NCBI GenBank assembly: GCA_963702895.1
Contig: OY969767.1
Span: 928,001 to 992,000, forward strand
DNA length: 64,000 bases
DNA from: an uncultured Elusimicrobia bacterium
GTDB lineage: Bacteria > Elusimicrobiota > Elusimicrobia > 2-01-FULL-59-12
Reading direction: 5' to 3'
Of the stretch, positions 39,154 through 48,804 are shown in pieces. A program made the translations under genes and the position numbers. Under the pieces are notes generated by a model. That model did no database searches, had not been told where the DNA came from, and saw only the letters and a list, made by a program, of their open reading frames with translations. The first letter of the stretch is position 1. Each line of letters begins with the position of its first letter.

Positions 39154-39260
39154 CCCAGTAGGCGAGCTCCGGGAGCCTTTCCCGGAGCGTTTTTCTGTCG
39201 CTCAAGTATGCCTATTATGTACGCGCAATCAAGCATTTTTTTACATGGTATCATACGGCC

Positions 39261-40112
39261 ATGTTGGACCGTTTTTTGACCTATGGCCGCTTTGTCAAGA
39301 TGGAGCATACCCTCTTTAGTCTTCCCCTCTTGTTTAGCGGGGCTGTCCTCGCCGGCGGTGGGCTTCCCTCGGCGCGCCTGAGCGCCCTCATCATCTTGGC
39401 CGGCTTTGGCGCCCAAACAACCGCCTTTGCTCTGAATCGAATCATGGACCGACACCTGGATCGCTTGAACCCGAGGACTTCCGGGCGTGAATTGCCGGCT
39501 GGCAAGATGTCCTTATGGGAAGCTTGGAGTATCGGTCTTCTAGGTGTTGGAGTTTATCTTCTTGCGGCATGGGCGATAGCGCCAATTTGCTTGTATTTTA
39601 GCCCTGTTCCGCTTGTGATATTCGCCATTTACCCCTACCTTAAGCGCTTCACGCCGTGGGCTCATTTGGGGGTCGGACTGGCCGACGCGCTCGCTCCCCT
39701 TGGCGGGTGGCTGGCTGTGCAGCAATCCCTGCAGGATGTCGGACCGGCCCTATGGCTGGGGGCTTTCACCTTTTTCTGGGTCAGTGGTTTTGATGTCATT
39801 TACGCTACAATGGACGAAGCCTTTGACCGCGGCAAAGGTCTCTATTCCCTCCCGGCGTACTATGGGAAAGAGAAGGCGCTGCTGATTTCGGGGATACTCC
39901 ATATGCTTGCCTTTGGTGCTCTTGCCGTTCTGTACACGCAAGCGCTCCGTGGTTCGTGGGCAGGGGCGCTGACCCTCTCCGCGCTGGGCGGGCTTCTCTA
40001 CCTTGAGCATCGATTGGCCCAGGATGTGGAGTTCGCCTTCTTTAAAATCAACGCGGTCCTGGGCTTTGGCGTGCTGGGGCTGGTCGCACTCGGCCAAGGA
40101 GGAATCTCGTGA
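39261..40112 (+). CDS. mqnP: UbiA-family prenyltransferase (MqnP)
   Basis: EHTLFSLP, NRIMDR.LDRLNPRT..RELP, GFDVIYA.MD. Confidence 0.88.
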   Translation: MLDRFLTYGRFVKMEHTLFSLPLLFSGAVLAGGGLPSARLSALIILAGFGAQTTAFALNRIMDRHLDRLNPRTSGRELPAGKMSLWEAWSIGLLGVGVYLLAAWAIAPICLYFSPVPLVIFAIYPYLKRFTPWAHLGVGLADALAPLGGWLAVQQSLQDVGPALWLGAFTFFWVSGFDVIYATMDEAFDRGKGLYSLPAYYGKEKALLISGILHMLAFGALAVLYTQALRGSWAGALTLSALGGLLYLEHRLAQDVEFAFFKINAVLGFGVLGLVALGQGGIS

Positions 40113-40663
40113 GAATTGTGTTAGGAATTTCAGGCGCTTCAGGCGCCGGTTATGCCGTCGAGTTTCTGAAGCGCTGTCCTGCGGATGAAAAATATGTGGT
40201 GCTCTCACGCTGGGGGCGCAGCATCTTGAAGAGCGAAACAGGTGTTTCACCGGCGGACCTTGCCCCTTTTGCCAAAAAGGTCTACTCCACAGACGACATG
40301 TCAGCGGCACTGTCCTCAGGTTCTAATGCCTTTGACGCGATGGTGGTCCTCCCATGCAGCGTGGCAACCTTGGGTAAAATCGCCAACGGCATTTCGGACA
40401 CGCTCCTCACCCGGACTGCCGAAGTGGCGATGAAGGAGCGCCGCCGCCTGATCCTTTGCGTCAGAGAAACACCGCTTTCCACGGTGGCGCTTGAAAACGC
40501 TTATAAGCTCTCACAGGCTGGCGTGATCATCATGCCGGTTTCTCCCCCCTTCTACATGGCGCCGAAGAGCCTTGAAGATCTCCAAACTTTTTTTGCACAG
40601 AAAGTGATTGGCTTACTGGGTCTGCCCGTACCGGCCGGCTGGCATTCCGAAGAACTCGAGTAA
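40109..40663 (+). CDS. ubiX: Flavin prenyltransferase UbiX
   Basis: GISGASG, SSGS, PCS..TL, RETPL, P.FY. Confidence 0.95.
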   Translation: MRIVLGISGASGAGYAVEFLKRCPADEKYVVLSRWGRSILKSETGVSPADLAPFAKKVYSTDDMSAALSSGSNAFDAMVVLPCSVATLGKIANGISDTLLTRTAEVAMKERRRLILCVRETPLSTVALENAYKLSQAGVIIMPVSPPFYMAPKSLEDLQTFFAQKVIGLLGLPVPAGWHSEELE

Positions 40664-40667
40664 ATCC

Positions 40668-42440
40668 TTGGCCTACCGCGACCTCCCAGCCTACCTTAAG
40701 GCGCTTGAGCGTGCCGGAGAACTCAAGCGCGTCCCTGTGGAAGTCGACCCCGAGCTCGAAATCACCGAAATCGCCACGCGTGTCGTCAAGAACGAGGGGG
40801 CAGCGCTTTTGTTTGAAAAGGTCAAAGGCTCTCCCTTTCCACTGGCCATCAACATTTTCGGGAGCGCGCGCCGCATCGAGCTCGCGCTGGGCCGCTCCCC
40901 CGCGGATCTCGGTGCGGACCTCTTGCGCCTGGCGCAGTCGCTCCAGCCGCCAAGTTTGCGCGGGTTCTGGAAAGCTCGCCGCGCGATATGGCGACTCAAG
41001 GCGATGCGCACGACACGCGCTTGGCGCGTTCCAGCCCACCAGGTGGTGCAAGATCCTGATTTAGCTCAACTCCCCATTCTCAAATGCTGGCCAAAGGATG
41101 GGGGACGTTTTATCACGTTTGGTTTGACCCTCACCCAGCATCCTCTCACCCAGGTCCGCAACGTCGGGCTTTATCGCCTGCAGATCCACAGTCCTTCGAG
41201 CACGGGCATGCATTGGCAAATCCAGCGTGGCGGAGCGTTCCATTTTGCCGAGGCTGAAAAAAGGGGCCAGACCCTTCCCGTCGCGGTCCTCTTAGGCGTG
41301 GATCCCTACCTTCTCTTGGCCGCTGTGGCACCTTTGCCAGAGGGATTTGATGAGATTTCTTTTAGCGGTTTTCTGCGTGGCGGCCCTACGGCCATGGCCC
41401 GAGGGCGAAGTGTGCCGCTGCCTGTTCCAGCGCATTCCGAATTCATCCTGGAAGGCGAAGTCGCACCTCACGACCTCCTGCTCGAAGGCCCTTTTGGGGA
41501 CCACTTCGGTCATTATTCTCATCCGGCACCGTTCCCCGTTTTTCGCATTCGCAAAATGACGCGCAAAAAAAATCCAATTTGCCTCGCCTCGGTCGTTGGA
41601 AAACCGCCTCAGGAGGACCGCTATATCGGCGATGCCATGCAAGAAGTGTTAGGGCCGCTCATCCGATTCATCCGACCGGAGGTCCAGGACCTCTGGGCCT
41701 ACTACGAAGCCGGTTTTCATAATCTGCTCGTGGTCTCGGTTCGCCAGCGTTACGTCAAAGAAGCGATCAAAACGGCGCTGGGCATTCTGGGTGAAGGGCA
41801 ACTCTCGCTAACGAAGTGTGTGGTCATGGTCGACCCTCAGGTGAATGTCCGGGACATCCACGCGGTCCTCCAGGCGATTCGCAGCCATTTTGATCCGAGT
41901 GAAGATTTCCTGATGCTCCCCGGCACGGCGCAGGACACGCTCGACTTCACGAGCTTCACGATGAATCTGGGCAGCAAGATGATCATCGATGCCACACGCA
42001 AGCCCAAGTCCCGTCCCACCAGAAAATTCCAAATCACAGAGCGAAGCCTTCATACCCTTAAAGAAAAGGACCCCCGCATCACGGGCTGGCGACTCTGGGG
42101 CGATGACGCGATGCTGGTCGTCCAAGTGAAGTCGGAAGGGCGTAAGGTCTTGGAGGGGCTGCTCCAGGAGACGGCCCTCGAAGGCGTTAAGATCGTCGCG
42201 GTTGTCAGCATGGATGTGGATCTGGAAGACAATGTCTGCACCTTGTGGGGGATCTTTACGCGGTTCGACTGCGCGCGCGACGTGCTGTTTTCGGGGACCC
42301 ACCCGTCCGGCGCCGTTCTCCGTTATACAGGGAGCCTTGGGATTGATGCGACTTGGAAAAATGGCTATCCCGAAGCCCTGGAAATGCCGGAAGAAATTCG
42401 TGAACGAGTGAGCGCCCGTTGGAAGTCTTACGGTTTATGA
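40668..42440 (+). CDS. ubiD: UbiD-family menaquinone biosynthesis decarboxylase
   Basis: CWPKDGGRFIT, NVGLYR, EGPFGDHFGHYS, GKPPQED; likely TTG start at 40668. Confidence 0.92.
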   Translation: MAYRDLPAYLKALERAGELKRVPVEVDPELEITEIATRVVKNEGAALLFEKVKGSPFPLAINIFGSARRIELALGRSPADLGADLLRLAQSLQPPSLRGFWKARRAIWRLKAMRTTRAWRVPAHQVVQDPDLAQLPILKCWPKDGGRFITFGLTLTQHPLTQVRNVGLYRLQIHSPSSTGMHWQIQRGGAFHFAEAEKRGQTLPVAVLLGVDPYLLLAAVAPLPEGFDEISFSGFLRGGPTAMARGRSVPLPVPAHSEFILEGEVAPHDLLLEGPFGDHFGHYSHPAPFPVFRIRKMTRKKNPICLASVVGKPPQEDRYIGDAMQEVLGPLIRFIRPEVQDLWAYYEAGFHNLLVVSVRQRYVKEAIKTALGILGEGQLSLTKCVVMVDPQVNVRDIHAVLQAIRSHFDPSEDFLMLPGTAQDTLDFTSFTMNLGSKMIIDATRKPKSRPTRKFQITERSLHTLKEKDPRITGWRLWGDDAMLVVQVKSEGRKVLEGLLQETALEGVKIVAVVSMDVDLEDNVCTLWGIFTRFDCARDVLFSGTHPSGAVLRYTGSLGIDATWKNGYPEALEMPEEIRERVSARWKSYGL

Positions 42441-43714
42441 CCTCCTTTGCCGATCGAGCTCTAGAGCCCGTTTGGGACAAAATTCGGGACGGAAGGCGTT
42501 TGGATCTTGATGATGTCCGCGTGCTCCATGCCACGGCGGATCTTGTCGCGCTGGGCTGGATGGCCAAAAGGGTCAAAGAAGCACGCTACGGCAAGAAGGC
42601 CTTTTACGTTTTAAATCAGAAGCTTGAGCCCACCAATGTTTGTGTTCTTTCCTGCAAGTTTTGTGATTTCGCGACCCGGCGCGGGACTTCGCAGGCCTAC
42701 GAAATGTCGATCGAAGAGATGATTGCCCAATGCGCGGGCGACATCTCGGAGATCCATATCTCCGGCGGGATGCCTCCGGAGTGGAAGCTGGAACATTACC
42801 TGAAGATCGTCCAGGCCTTACGTGCGGCCTATCCCAAGGTCGGTATCAAGGCGTTTACGGCGGTCGAAATCGAATGGGCCGCGCGGATTGCTAAGCAACC
42901 TGTGGAGTCCGTGCTGCGACAACTCAAGGAGGCCGGTCTCACGGCTCTGCCGGGCGGCGGCGCCGAAGTCTTCTCCGAGCGCGTCCGCAAAGAACTCTTC
43001 CCTTTCAAAATCGGTGCCAAGGAATGGCTTGACGTTCACCGGACAGCGCACCGGTTGGGCATCCCATCCAACGCGACGCTGCTCTATGGTCACATTGAGA
43101 CACCTGAAGAACGGTGGGAACATCTGCGATTACTGAGGGATTTGCAGGATGAAAGTTTAAGTAGCCGTCACCCCGGCGGTTGTCAGCCGGGGTCTATCAT
43201 GATGGATCCCCCCCTTACAACCGGGGGGGATGACAGCAAGAACACGGCAGCATTTATGAGTTTTATCCCCCTCGCCTTTCAGCCCGGGACGACCGGCTTG
43301 GCTGTTCAACCTCCCACGGTGCAGGATGACCTGAAGCTCTTGGCGATCGCGCGACTCTATTTGGACAATATCCCGCACATCAAAGCCTATTGGGTGACGC
43401 TCGGTGAAGAGACTGCTTCAACGGGTCTCCATTGGGGCGCCGATGATATCGATGGGACCATTGGCGGTGAGCGCATCATGCACGACGCGGGGGCCACCTC
43501 CCCCACCCAAATGGCACGGGCCAGACTCGAAGAGTTGATCCGGGAGGCGGGATGCGAGCCGGTGGAGCGCGACGCCGTTTACAACACCGTATCGGAGTAC
43601 CGGAGTATCGGAGTATCGGAGTCACGGCATAAGACCGTTATCCAGATGCCTCATCACTCCGATACTGCTGTTACCCCGTTACCCCGACACCCCGTTACCC
43701 CGATACTCTCATGA
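42437..43714 (+). CDS. mqnE: Aminofutalosine synthase MqnE with in-frame repeat insertions
   Basis: TNVCVLSCKFC, PGGGAEVF, NATLLYGHIE, HIKAYW, ERIMHDAGA; pathway context. Confidence 0.88.
   Translation: MTSFADRALEPVWDKIRDGRRLDLDDVRVLHATADLVALGWMAKRVKEARYGKKAFYVLNQKLEPTNVCVLSCKFCDFATRRGTSQAYEMSIEEMIAQCAGDISEIHISGGMPPEWKLEHYLKIVQALRAAYPKVGIKAFTAVEIEWAARIAKQPVESVLRQLKEAGLTALPGGGAEVFSERVRKELFPFKIGAKEWLDVHRTAHRLGIPSNATLLYGHIETPEERWEHLRLLRDLQDESLSSRHPGGCQPGSIMMDPPLTTGGDDSKNTAAFMSFIPLAFQPGTTGLAVQPPTVQDDLKLLAIARLYLDNIPHIKAYWVTLGEETASTGLHWGADDIDGTIGGERIMHDAGATSPTQMARARLEELIREAGCEPVERDAVYNTVSEYRSIGVSESRHKTVIQMPHHSDTAVTPLPRHPVTPILS
43167..43234. repeat. GTCA-type palindromic element in frame within mqnE
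   Basis: GTCACCCCGGC..GCCGGGGTCTAT..ATGGATCCCCCC..GGGGGGATGAC; translates RHPGGCQPGSIMMDPPLTTGGDD. Confidence 0.88.
43589..43710. repeat. Paired octamer arrays forming the MqnE C-terminal tail
   Basis: (GGAGTAYC)n ... (TTACCCCG)n, the same units as in miaB. Confidence 0.88.
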
Positions 43715-44463
43715 TTGTAAAGATCGGCTACATCCCCTACCTGAACATGGCCCCCTTTCACCAGGGGTTTGGGCCTCAACCGGCCGAAATCAAGGGTCAG
43801 TATTTTGAATTTCTCTTCATGTCACCGCGCGTGCTGGGTCAGGAAGCAGAAAAAGGAACCATCGATGCCGGAGCGTTTTCTCTGGTGGACGCGATCAGAC
43901 TTTCCGAGACGTATGAGCCTTTGGGATCCTTCGGGATCGGCCTCAAGCGTCTTGCTTTAAGTGTTCTTCTTTTCTCGAAAAAGCCCATCTCTGAACTTGA
44001 GGGTCATTGCTCGGTCACGGACGAAACAGCGACCTCTTTGAGGCTCCTGCAGATGCTTCTTGAGCTCCGATATGGCCGCACAGGCATCGAGTACGGTCGA
44101 ATCGCTTCCCGTATGCTCTTGGATAGGGAATCCGATGCGCTCCTCCTCATTGGCGATGAGGCGCTCAAAGCGAGAAAGGAAGGCGTTTCCGGTCTACCTC
44201 ATATCACGGACTTGGGTGAAGAGTGGTACAGCTGGCAGGGACTCCCCTTTGTTTTTGCGCGCTGGATGGTCAAGAAAACACTCGACAAGAGAATTAAATT
44301 GTTGCTTATGCGATCTATCCAAAACTCATTATCTTCAAATAAAATCGGTAGTAGCGAACAGCTGGCTTATTGGCATGGTTTTGATTATCGCCTGAAGCCT
44401 CTGCATGAGCGTTCGATCCAGCGATTTACGGCTCTTTTGGAGAAGGTATGCTTGAGCGTATAG
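43711..44463 (+). CDS. mqnA: Chorismate dehydratase MqnA
   Basis: IPYLNMAP, SVLLFS, ATS..LL, LLIGDEAL, DLGEEW, LPFVFARW. Confidence 0.92.
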   Translation: MIVKIGYIPYLNMAPFHQGFGPQPAEIKGQYFEFLFMSPRVLGQEAEKGTIDAGAFSLVDAIRLSETYEPLGSFGIGLKRLALSVLLFSKKPISELEGHCSVTDETATSLRLLQMLLELRYGRTGIEYGRIASRMLLDRESDALLLIGDEALKARKEGVSGLPHITDLGEEWYSWQGLPFVFARWMVKKTLDKRIKLLLMRSIQNSLSSNKIGSSEQLAYWHGFDYRLKPLHERSIQRFTALLEKVCLSV

Positions 44464-45593
44464 CCAAGAAGGTTGACGCCGGAGATCGTCTGAGCTCCGA
44501 AGAAGGCTTGTACCTCTTACAGGACGCGGATTTGATGGATGTGGGTTTACTCGCCCAGAAAGTCCGCAGCCGAATGCACCCCGGCGGCCAAGTCACCTTT
44601 GTGGTGGATTCCAACCCCAACTACACCAATGTCTGCGTCGCGGATTGTCTCTTTTGCGCCTTTTACCGCCGACCTGGGGACAAAGAAGCCTATACCTTAT
44701 CGGTCGACCAGGTCATGCAGAAGATCCAATCGGCCTCGGATCAGGGGGCCACAACCATTCTATTGCAGGGAGGGCTTCATCCCGATCTGCCCCTGGAGTA
44801 CTACACCAGCCTCGTTCGGGAAACCCGTCGCCGTTTTCCCCACATCACCCCCCATTTCTTTACGGCCAGTGAAGTCCTCATGATGGCTGAAGTGTCTGGC
44901 AAGACCATGACAGGTGTTCTGGAAGCTCTTCGGGATGCCGGGCAATTTTCTCTGCCTGGCGGCGGTGCGGAAGTCCTTTCGGAATATGTGCGAAAGCGCC
45001 TCTCTCCCAAGAAGAACCCCGACGACGGCTGGATCAAAGTTCACCGCGAAGCCCACCGGCTAGGTTTTAAGTCTACGGCCACCATGATGTACGGCCATGT
45101 GGACCGGCCGGAGGATTGGCTGGAACACTTGGGTCGTGTCCGAGACCTGCAAGATGAGACAGGCGGCTTTACAGCTTTTATTCCCTGGAGTTTTAAGCCG
45201 GGCCACACGGCGCTCGAAAAGAAAATCCCGCGCGGCCAGGGGCCTTCCACCTATTTAAGGATGCTGGCGGCCTCTCGTCTCTATCTGGACAATATCCCGC
45301 ACATTCAGGCCTCTTGGTTTTCCGAAGGCAAAAAGGTGGGAGCGCTTGCGCTCCATTTTGGAGCCGATGACTTTGGCGGGACGCTCATCGATGAAAACGT
45401 CCACAAAGCGACGGGGCATGTCCATACGACCACGATCGACGATACAATTCAGATGATTCGCAAGGCTGGTTTTATTCCTGTCCAGCGCACGACGCTCTAT
45501 GAGGTCTTAAAAGTTCATGGTCTAGATGTCATCCCGGCGAAAGCTGGCCCTCCAAACTCCCGGCGGGGTGAGAGCTTGTTAGCGGCACAATGA
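44448..45593 (+). CDS. mqnC: Cyclic dehypoxanthine futalosine synthase MqnC
   Basis: NYTNVCVADCLFCAFYR, LQGGLHP, TATMMYGH, FTAFIPW, IQASW, ENV. Confidence 0.93.
   Translation: MLERIAKKVDAGDRLSSEEGLYLLQDADLMDVGLLAQKVRSRMHPGGQVTFVVDSNPNYTNVCVADCLFCAFYRRPGDKEAYTLSVDQVMQKIQSASDQGATTILLQGGLHPDLPLEYYTSLVRETRRRFPHITPHFFTASEVLMMAEVSGKTMTGVLEALRDAGQFSLPGGGAEVLSEYVRKRLSPKKNPDDGWIKVHREAHRLGFKSTATMMYGHVDRPEDWLEHLGRVRDLQDETGGFTAFIPWSFKPGHTALEKKIPRGQGPSTYLRMLAASRLYLDNIPHIQASWFSEGKKVGALALHFGADDFGGTLIDENVHKATGHVHTTTIDDTIQMIRKAGFIPVQRTTLYEVLKVHGLDVIPAKAGPPNSRRGESLLAAQ
45528..45572. repeat. Partial palindromic element forming the MqnC C-terminus
   Basis: GTCATCCCGGCGAAAGCTGGCCCTCC...GGCGGGGTGA; translates VIPAKAGPPNSRRGE. 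Confidence 0.75.
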
Positions 45594-45880
45594 AGACCAC
45601 AAAGTCTCCGTATCAAAGGATGATTTTTGTCTGCATGAACGCTTCCCATGAAGGTGAGCAACGGCCTGTGTGCGCTTCGGCTTCTTCGGAAGCGGTGCTC
45701 AAGACGCTCAAGGAAGAAATCAAAAAACGTGGCCTCCAAGGAAAAGTTCGGGCCTTGAAGTCGGGCTGCCTTGACCTCTGTGAAAAAGGCCCGAATCTTA
45801 TCGTTTACCCGGAAGGAACCCTGCACACCGGCGTAAGCTCTCAAAATATTCCCCAGCTGATTGAAGACTACTTGAAATAG
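45590..45880 (+). CDS. Thioredoxin-like (2Fe-2S) ferredoxin
   Basis: IFVC...C...SGCLDLCEKGP...VYPEG. Confidence 0.9.
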   Translation: MKTTKSPYQRMIFVCMNASHEGEQRPVCASASSEAVLKTLKEEIKKRGLQGKVRALKSGCLDLCEKGPNLIVYPEGTLHTGVSSQNIPQLIEDYLK

Positions 45881-45959
45881 CATCTGGCCGGGATAAGATT
45901 CTCGCTCGATATTTCTGTTTTGAACATCTATATATGGGCATGCCTCACGAGGGATATGA

Positions 45960-46452
45960 GTGAACGTCAAGCTACGCCAGGCCGATGTCTTGCTGATCAA
46001 TCCTCCCTGGTTGAGCAAAGACCAGAACATTTGGCATGGCATCAAGGGAGCGATGCCTTCGCTGGGGCTGCTCTCGATGGCGGCCTACCTCGAAGAGCAG
46101 GGTGTTTCCATCCAGTTGCTCGACATCCACGCCGTAAAGATCTCCACTGCTGAAACCAAGGAAGTCATCCGGCAAGTCCAACCCAAGGAGGCCGATCTCG
46201 ATCTGGCGACGTCTCAAGGCGATCACGAGCCTCAGCCAGATCGTGGATCTCTTCCACGCCTTCACGTTCATTCTTTTGCGGCACAAAATGGGCGTGCGCG
46301 ACATCGTCCGCAAGGATTGGACCGTCGCTAAAAAAGAAGATTTCTTCGATTATAAACTCGGGGAAGACGTGGAAATGCGCTTAACCTATCAGCTGCATTA
46401 CGAGTCTCTGCAGGGCCATCCGATCCAGAAAAAATCCGACCCAGCTGTTTGA
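45960..46452 (+). pseudogene. Internally deleted B12-binding radical SAM gene remnant
   Basis: DVLLINPP...PSLGLLSMAAYL...IQLLD (B12-binding N-terminus) with no CxxxCxxC motif; a second-frame fragment at 46243..46452 may be the C-terminus. Confidence 0.6.
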
Positions 46453-46471
46453 CCCAAACTCTTCTGTTGCC

Positions 46472-46594
46472 GTCACCCCGACGAAAGTCGTCCGCCAGAC
46501 GTCTGGCGGACTGTCCCTTCCTATAACCTATAAGGACGGGGACGGGGCCCAGTCCATCGACAATTTTCTGGATCCCGGCTTTCGCCGGGATGAC
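46472..46594. repeat. GTCA-type palindromic element with nested hairpins
   Basis: GTCACCCCGACGAAAGTCG[TCCGCCAGACGTCTGGCGGA..]...TGGATCCCGGCTTTCGCCGGGATGAC. Confidence 0.85.
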
Positions 46595-46651
46595 GGACTA
46601 TAAAGTGCGCTATGCACAGACGATAGAATAAACTCAAGTGAAGATGACCAG

Positions 46652-47728
46652 CTAAATAAAACGAACGGCGGGAGGCTGGGGTATCAGTCCCCTTTGGTGA
46701 GCCAGGGCGTAGAGCGTCTTGAGACCTTCCTGGACATCCTGACCCTGGTTGAGCGTATCGTCGTTGACGTACATGCCGACAAAGCGTTGGGCGAGGTCCG
46801 TGTCGAGCCCCCGGCCAAATCTTAAGGCGTAGGCGATGGCCTCCTCCCGGTGGGTGTTCGCGTATTCAATGCTCGCCCGAAGCGCCACGCTGATTTCTTT
46901 GGCAAGCGAAAGGCCCAGATCAGAACGCACGACGTCGAGCCCCAGAGGAAGCGGCAGTCCCGTCTTCTGGTGCCACCACTGGCCCGCGTCCCAAAGCTTA
47001 TGGAGTCCCTGCTGGTGATAGGTCAGCTGGCCTTCGTGAATGATGAGCCCGGCGTCGACGACGCCTTTTTCCACCGCCTCCAGGATCCGGTCAAAGGGCA
47101 TCACGACACGCTCCACACGCCGTCCTTCTTCCGCCAGCCACAGGTCAAGAACGAGCGCGGCGGTGGTCCATTTTCCCGGAATGGCGATTCTCATGTCATC
47201 CCGGCGAAAGCCGGCCCTCCACACATCCGGCGGGCCGAGCGCCACGCACCAGACGCTCTCCGCCTGTCGTGTGGCGGAGGGTCGCCGGTCTTGTGGAGAC
47301 CCGGGATCCATCTTGATGGATCCCCCGCTTACGGCCGCGGGGGATGACGCCTTCTTATGGCCATTCGTCACTAAGATCGGCCCGTATCTCCTCCCCACGC
47401 TCGCACCGCAAGAGAGCACCCAGTAGCGGTCTGTCAAATGCGCGTAAGCGTGAGCGCTCACGGCTGTAATTTCAAATTCACCCTTCAAGGCATGTTCGTT
47501 CAAGGACTGAATATCTTCCAAATGATGCTTGATCACGTGTCCGGGTATCGTGACAGCGCCCGTCGCGAAGCCGTAAAACATGTAGGCATCGTCTGGATCA
47601 GGGCTGTGCGCGAACGTCAACAAGCGTCCGACGTGCGACGTGCGACGTCGGACGTAGGACCCGCCACACGGCTGGCGGGCGCCTGTTGTGTGGCGCCTTG
47701 GACGTCGGACGGCCATTTTGTTCACCAA
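46652..47728 (-). CDS. mqnD: 1,4-dihydroxy-6-naphthoate synthase MqnD with ~50 aa insertion
   Basis: AHSPDPDDAYMFY, YGP, IAIPG..TTA, IIHEGQLTY, LPLPLG, MYVN. Confidence 0.92.
   Translation of the reverse strand: MVNKMAVRRPRRHTTGARQPCGGSYVRRRTSHVGRLLTFAHSPDPDDAYMFYGFATGAVTIPGHVIKHHLEDIQSLNEHALKGEFEITAVSAHAYAHLTDRYWVLSCGASVGRRYGPILVTNGHKKASSPAAVSGGSIKMDPGSPQDRRPSATRQAESVWCVALGPPDVWRAGFRRDDMRIAIPGKWTTAALVLDLWLAEEGRRVERVVMPFDRILEAVEKGVVDAGLIIHEGQLTYHQQGLHKLWDAGQWWHQKTGLPLPLGLDVVRSDLGLSLAKEISVALRASIEYANTHREEAIAYALRFGRGLDTDLAQRFVGMYVNDDTLNQGQDVQEGLKTLYALAHQRGLIPQPPAVRFI
47195..47348. repeat. Nested palindromic element in frame within mqnD
   Basis: GTCATCCCGGCGAAAGCCGG[insert]GATCCAT..ATGGATCCCCCGC..GCGGGGGATGAC. 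Confidence 0.9.
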
Positions 47729-48414
47729 TTCTCCCTCCGGATTCGTGAAGCGGATACGCCCAAGCGGTCCAGCGTATGTTCCATATCTTTCACGAATTCA
47801 CTGGACCCACACAAATAAAACGTGCCTTCCAACATTTTCAAGTGTTTGCGCAATAAAATCTCGCCGATGCGGCCCGTTTCGCCCTCGATATCAAGATCCG
47901 TGGTTCGCGTAAACGTCGGAACATAATGAAACGTTGGGTTTTGGGTCCAGGCAAGAAATTGATCTTTGAAGATGAGATCCATCGGTGTTTTCACGCTATG
48001 AAACACCCACGATTCTGTTGCGGGGCTGGTGTCCAGGATATATTTGACCATGGCTCTGAAGGGGGTCACACCGCTGCCGCCGGCGAGGAAATAATAAGGG
48101 CCCTTGAGGACGTTCGGGAGCGCAAACGCCCCCAAGGGACCCGCGATTTCGACAGGGGATCCCTTCTTTAAGCGAAACAAGCTCTCATAGACGGCCGTGT
48201 CTTGGCCGGCCTTGATCGTGATGTCGAGATGGCCCTTTTCCGTAGGAGAGGAGGAAATGGAGTAAAACCTTTTCTTCGTGTCTCCTGGGATCTGAAGCGA
48301 AAGTGCTTGTCCTGCCTTAAAAGGGAAATAGGCACCCAAGCGGAAGGTCTGAATATCAGGTGTCTCCGGGAGAATATCAACGATGGGGACGGACAACACT
48401 ACTGACTTTGACAC
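47722..48414 (-). CDS. FAD/NAD-binding oxidoreductase (FNR-like)
   Basis: RFYSISS, GPLG.F, AGGSGVTPF, YLCG. Confidence 0.9.
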   Translation of the reverse strand: MSKSVVLSVPIVDILPETPDIQTFRLGAYFPFKAGQALSLQIPGDTKKRFYSISSSPTEKGHLDITIKAGQDTAVYESLFRLKKGSPVEIAGPLGAFALPNVLKGPYYFLAGGSGVTPFRAMVKYILDTSPATESWVFHSVKTPMDLIFKDQFLAWTQNPTFHYVPTFTRTTDLDIEGETGRIGEILLRKHLKMLEGTFYLCGSSEFVKDMEHTLDRLGVSASRIRRENW

Positions 48415-48501
48415 AAGACCACTCCGACCCCAAGAGGGATCAAGGCGCGCGCGCGGGGTGTTGGGGGTGGTACAGCGGCTCTCATGGCGAGAATTATACC
48501 T

Positions 48502-48804
48502 TTACGACAAAGGGGCCAGGGGTTGGCTATTGAAGCAGATCCCGTACTCAAAACCTTTCGATTTCTTCTTCGCCCAAACCACCCTTCCCGCTAAATCGAG
48601 AACGGGCTTGTCAGAAGGGACAAGTTGGAACCGGATGGCGCTTTTCGGCTTAAAGGGTTTTCGGCTGACCATGCGGGCGCCGAGCACGGAGAAATCAACA
48701 CATCTTGCTTCGGCCACGATCGCGTGGCCCTTGGCGTCATAGATATCGCAGGGGACCCGTGACGGGCTGCGTGGGGCCCTTCGTCGTTCATTGGTGACCT
48801 GCAT
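48502..48804 (-). CDS. PilZ domain protein
   Basis: ERRRAPR and DFSVLG motifs. Confidence 0.85.
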   Translation of the reverse strand: MQVTNERRRAPRSPSRVPCDIYDAKGHAIVAEARCVDFSVLGARMVSRKPFKPKSAIRFQLVPSDKPVLDLAGRVVWAKKKSKGFEYGICFNSQPLAPLS

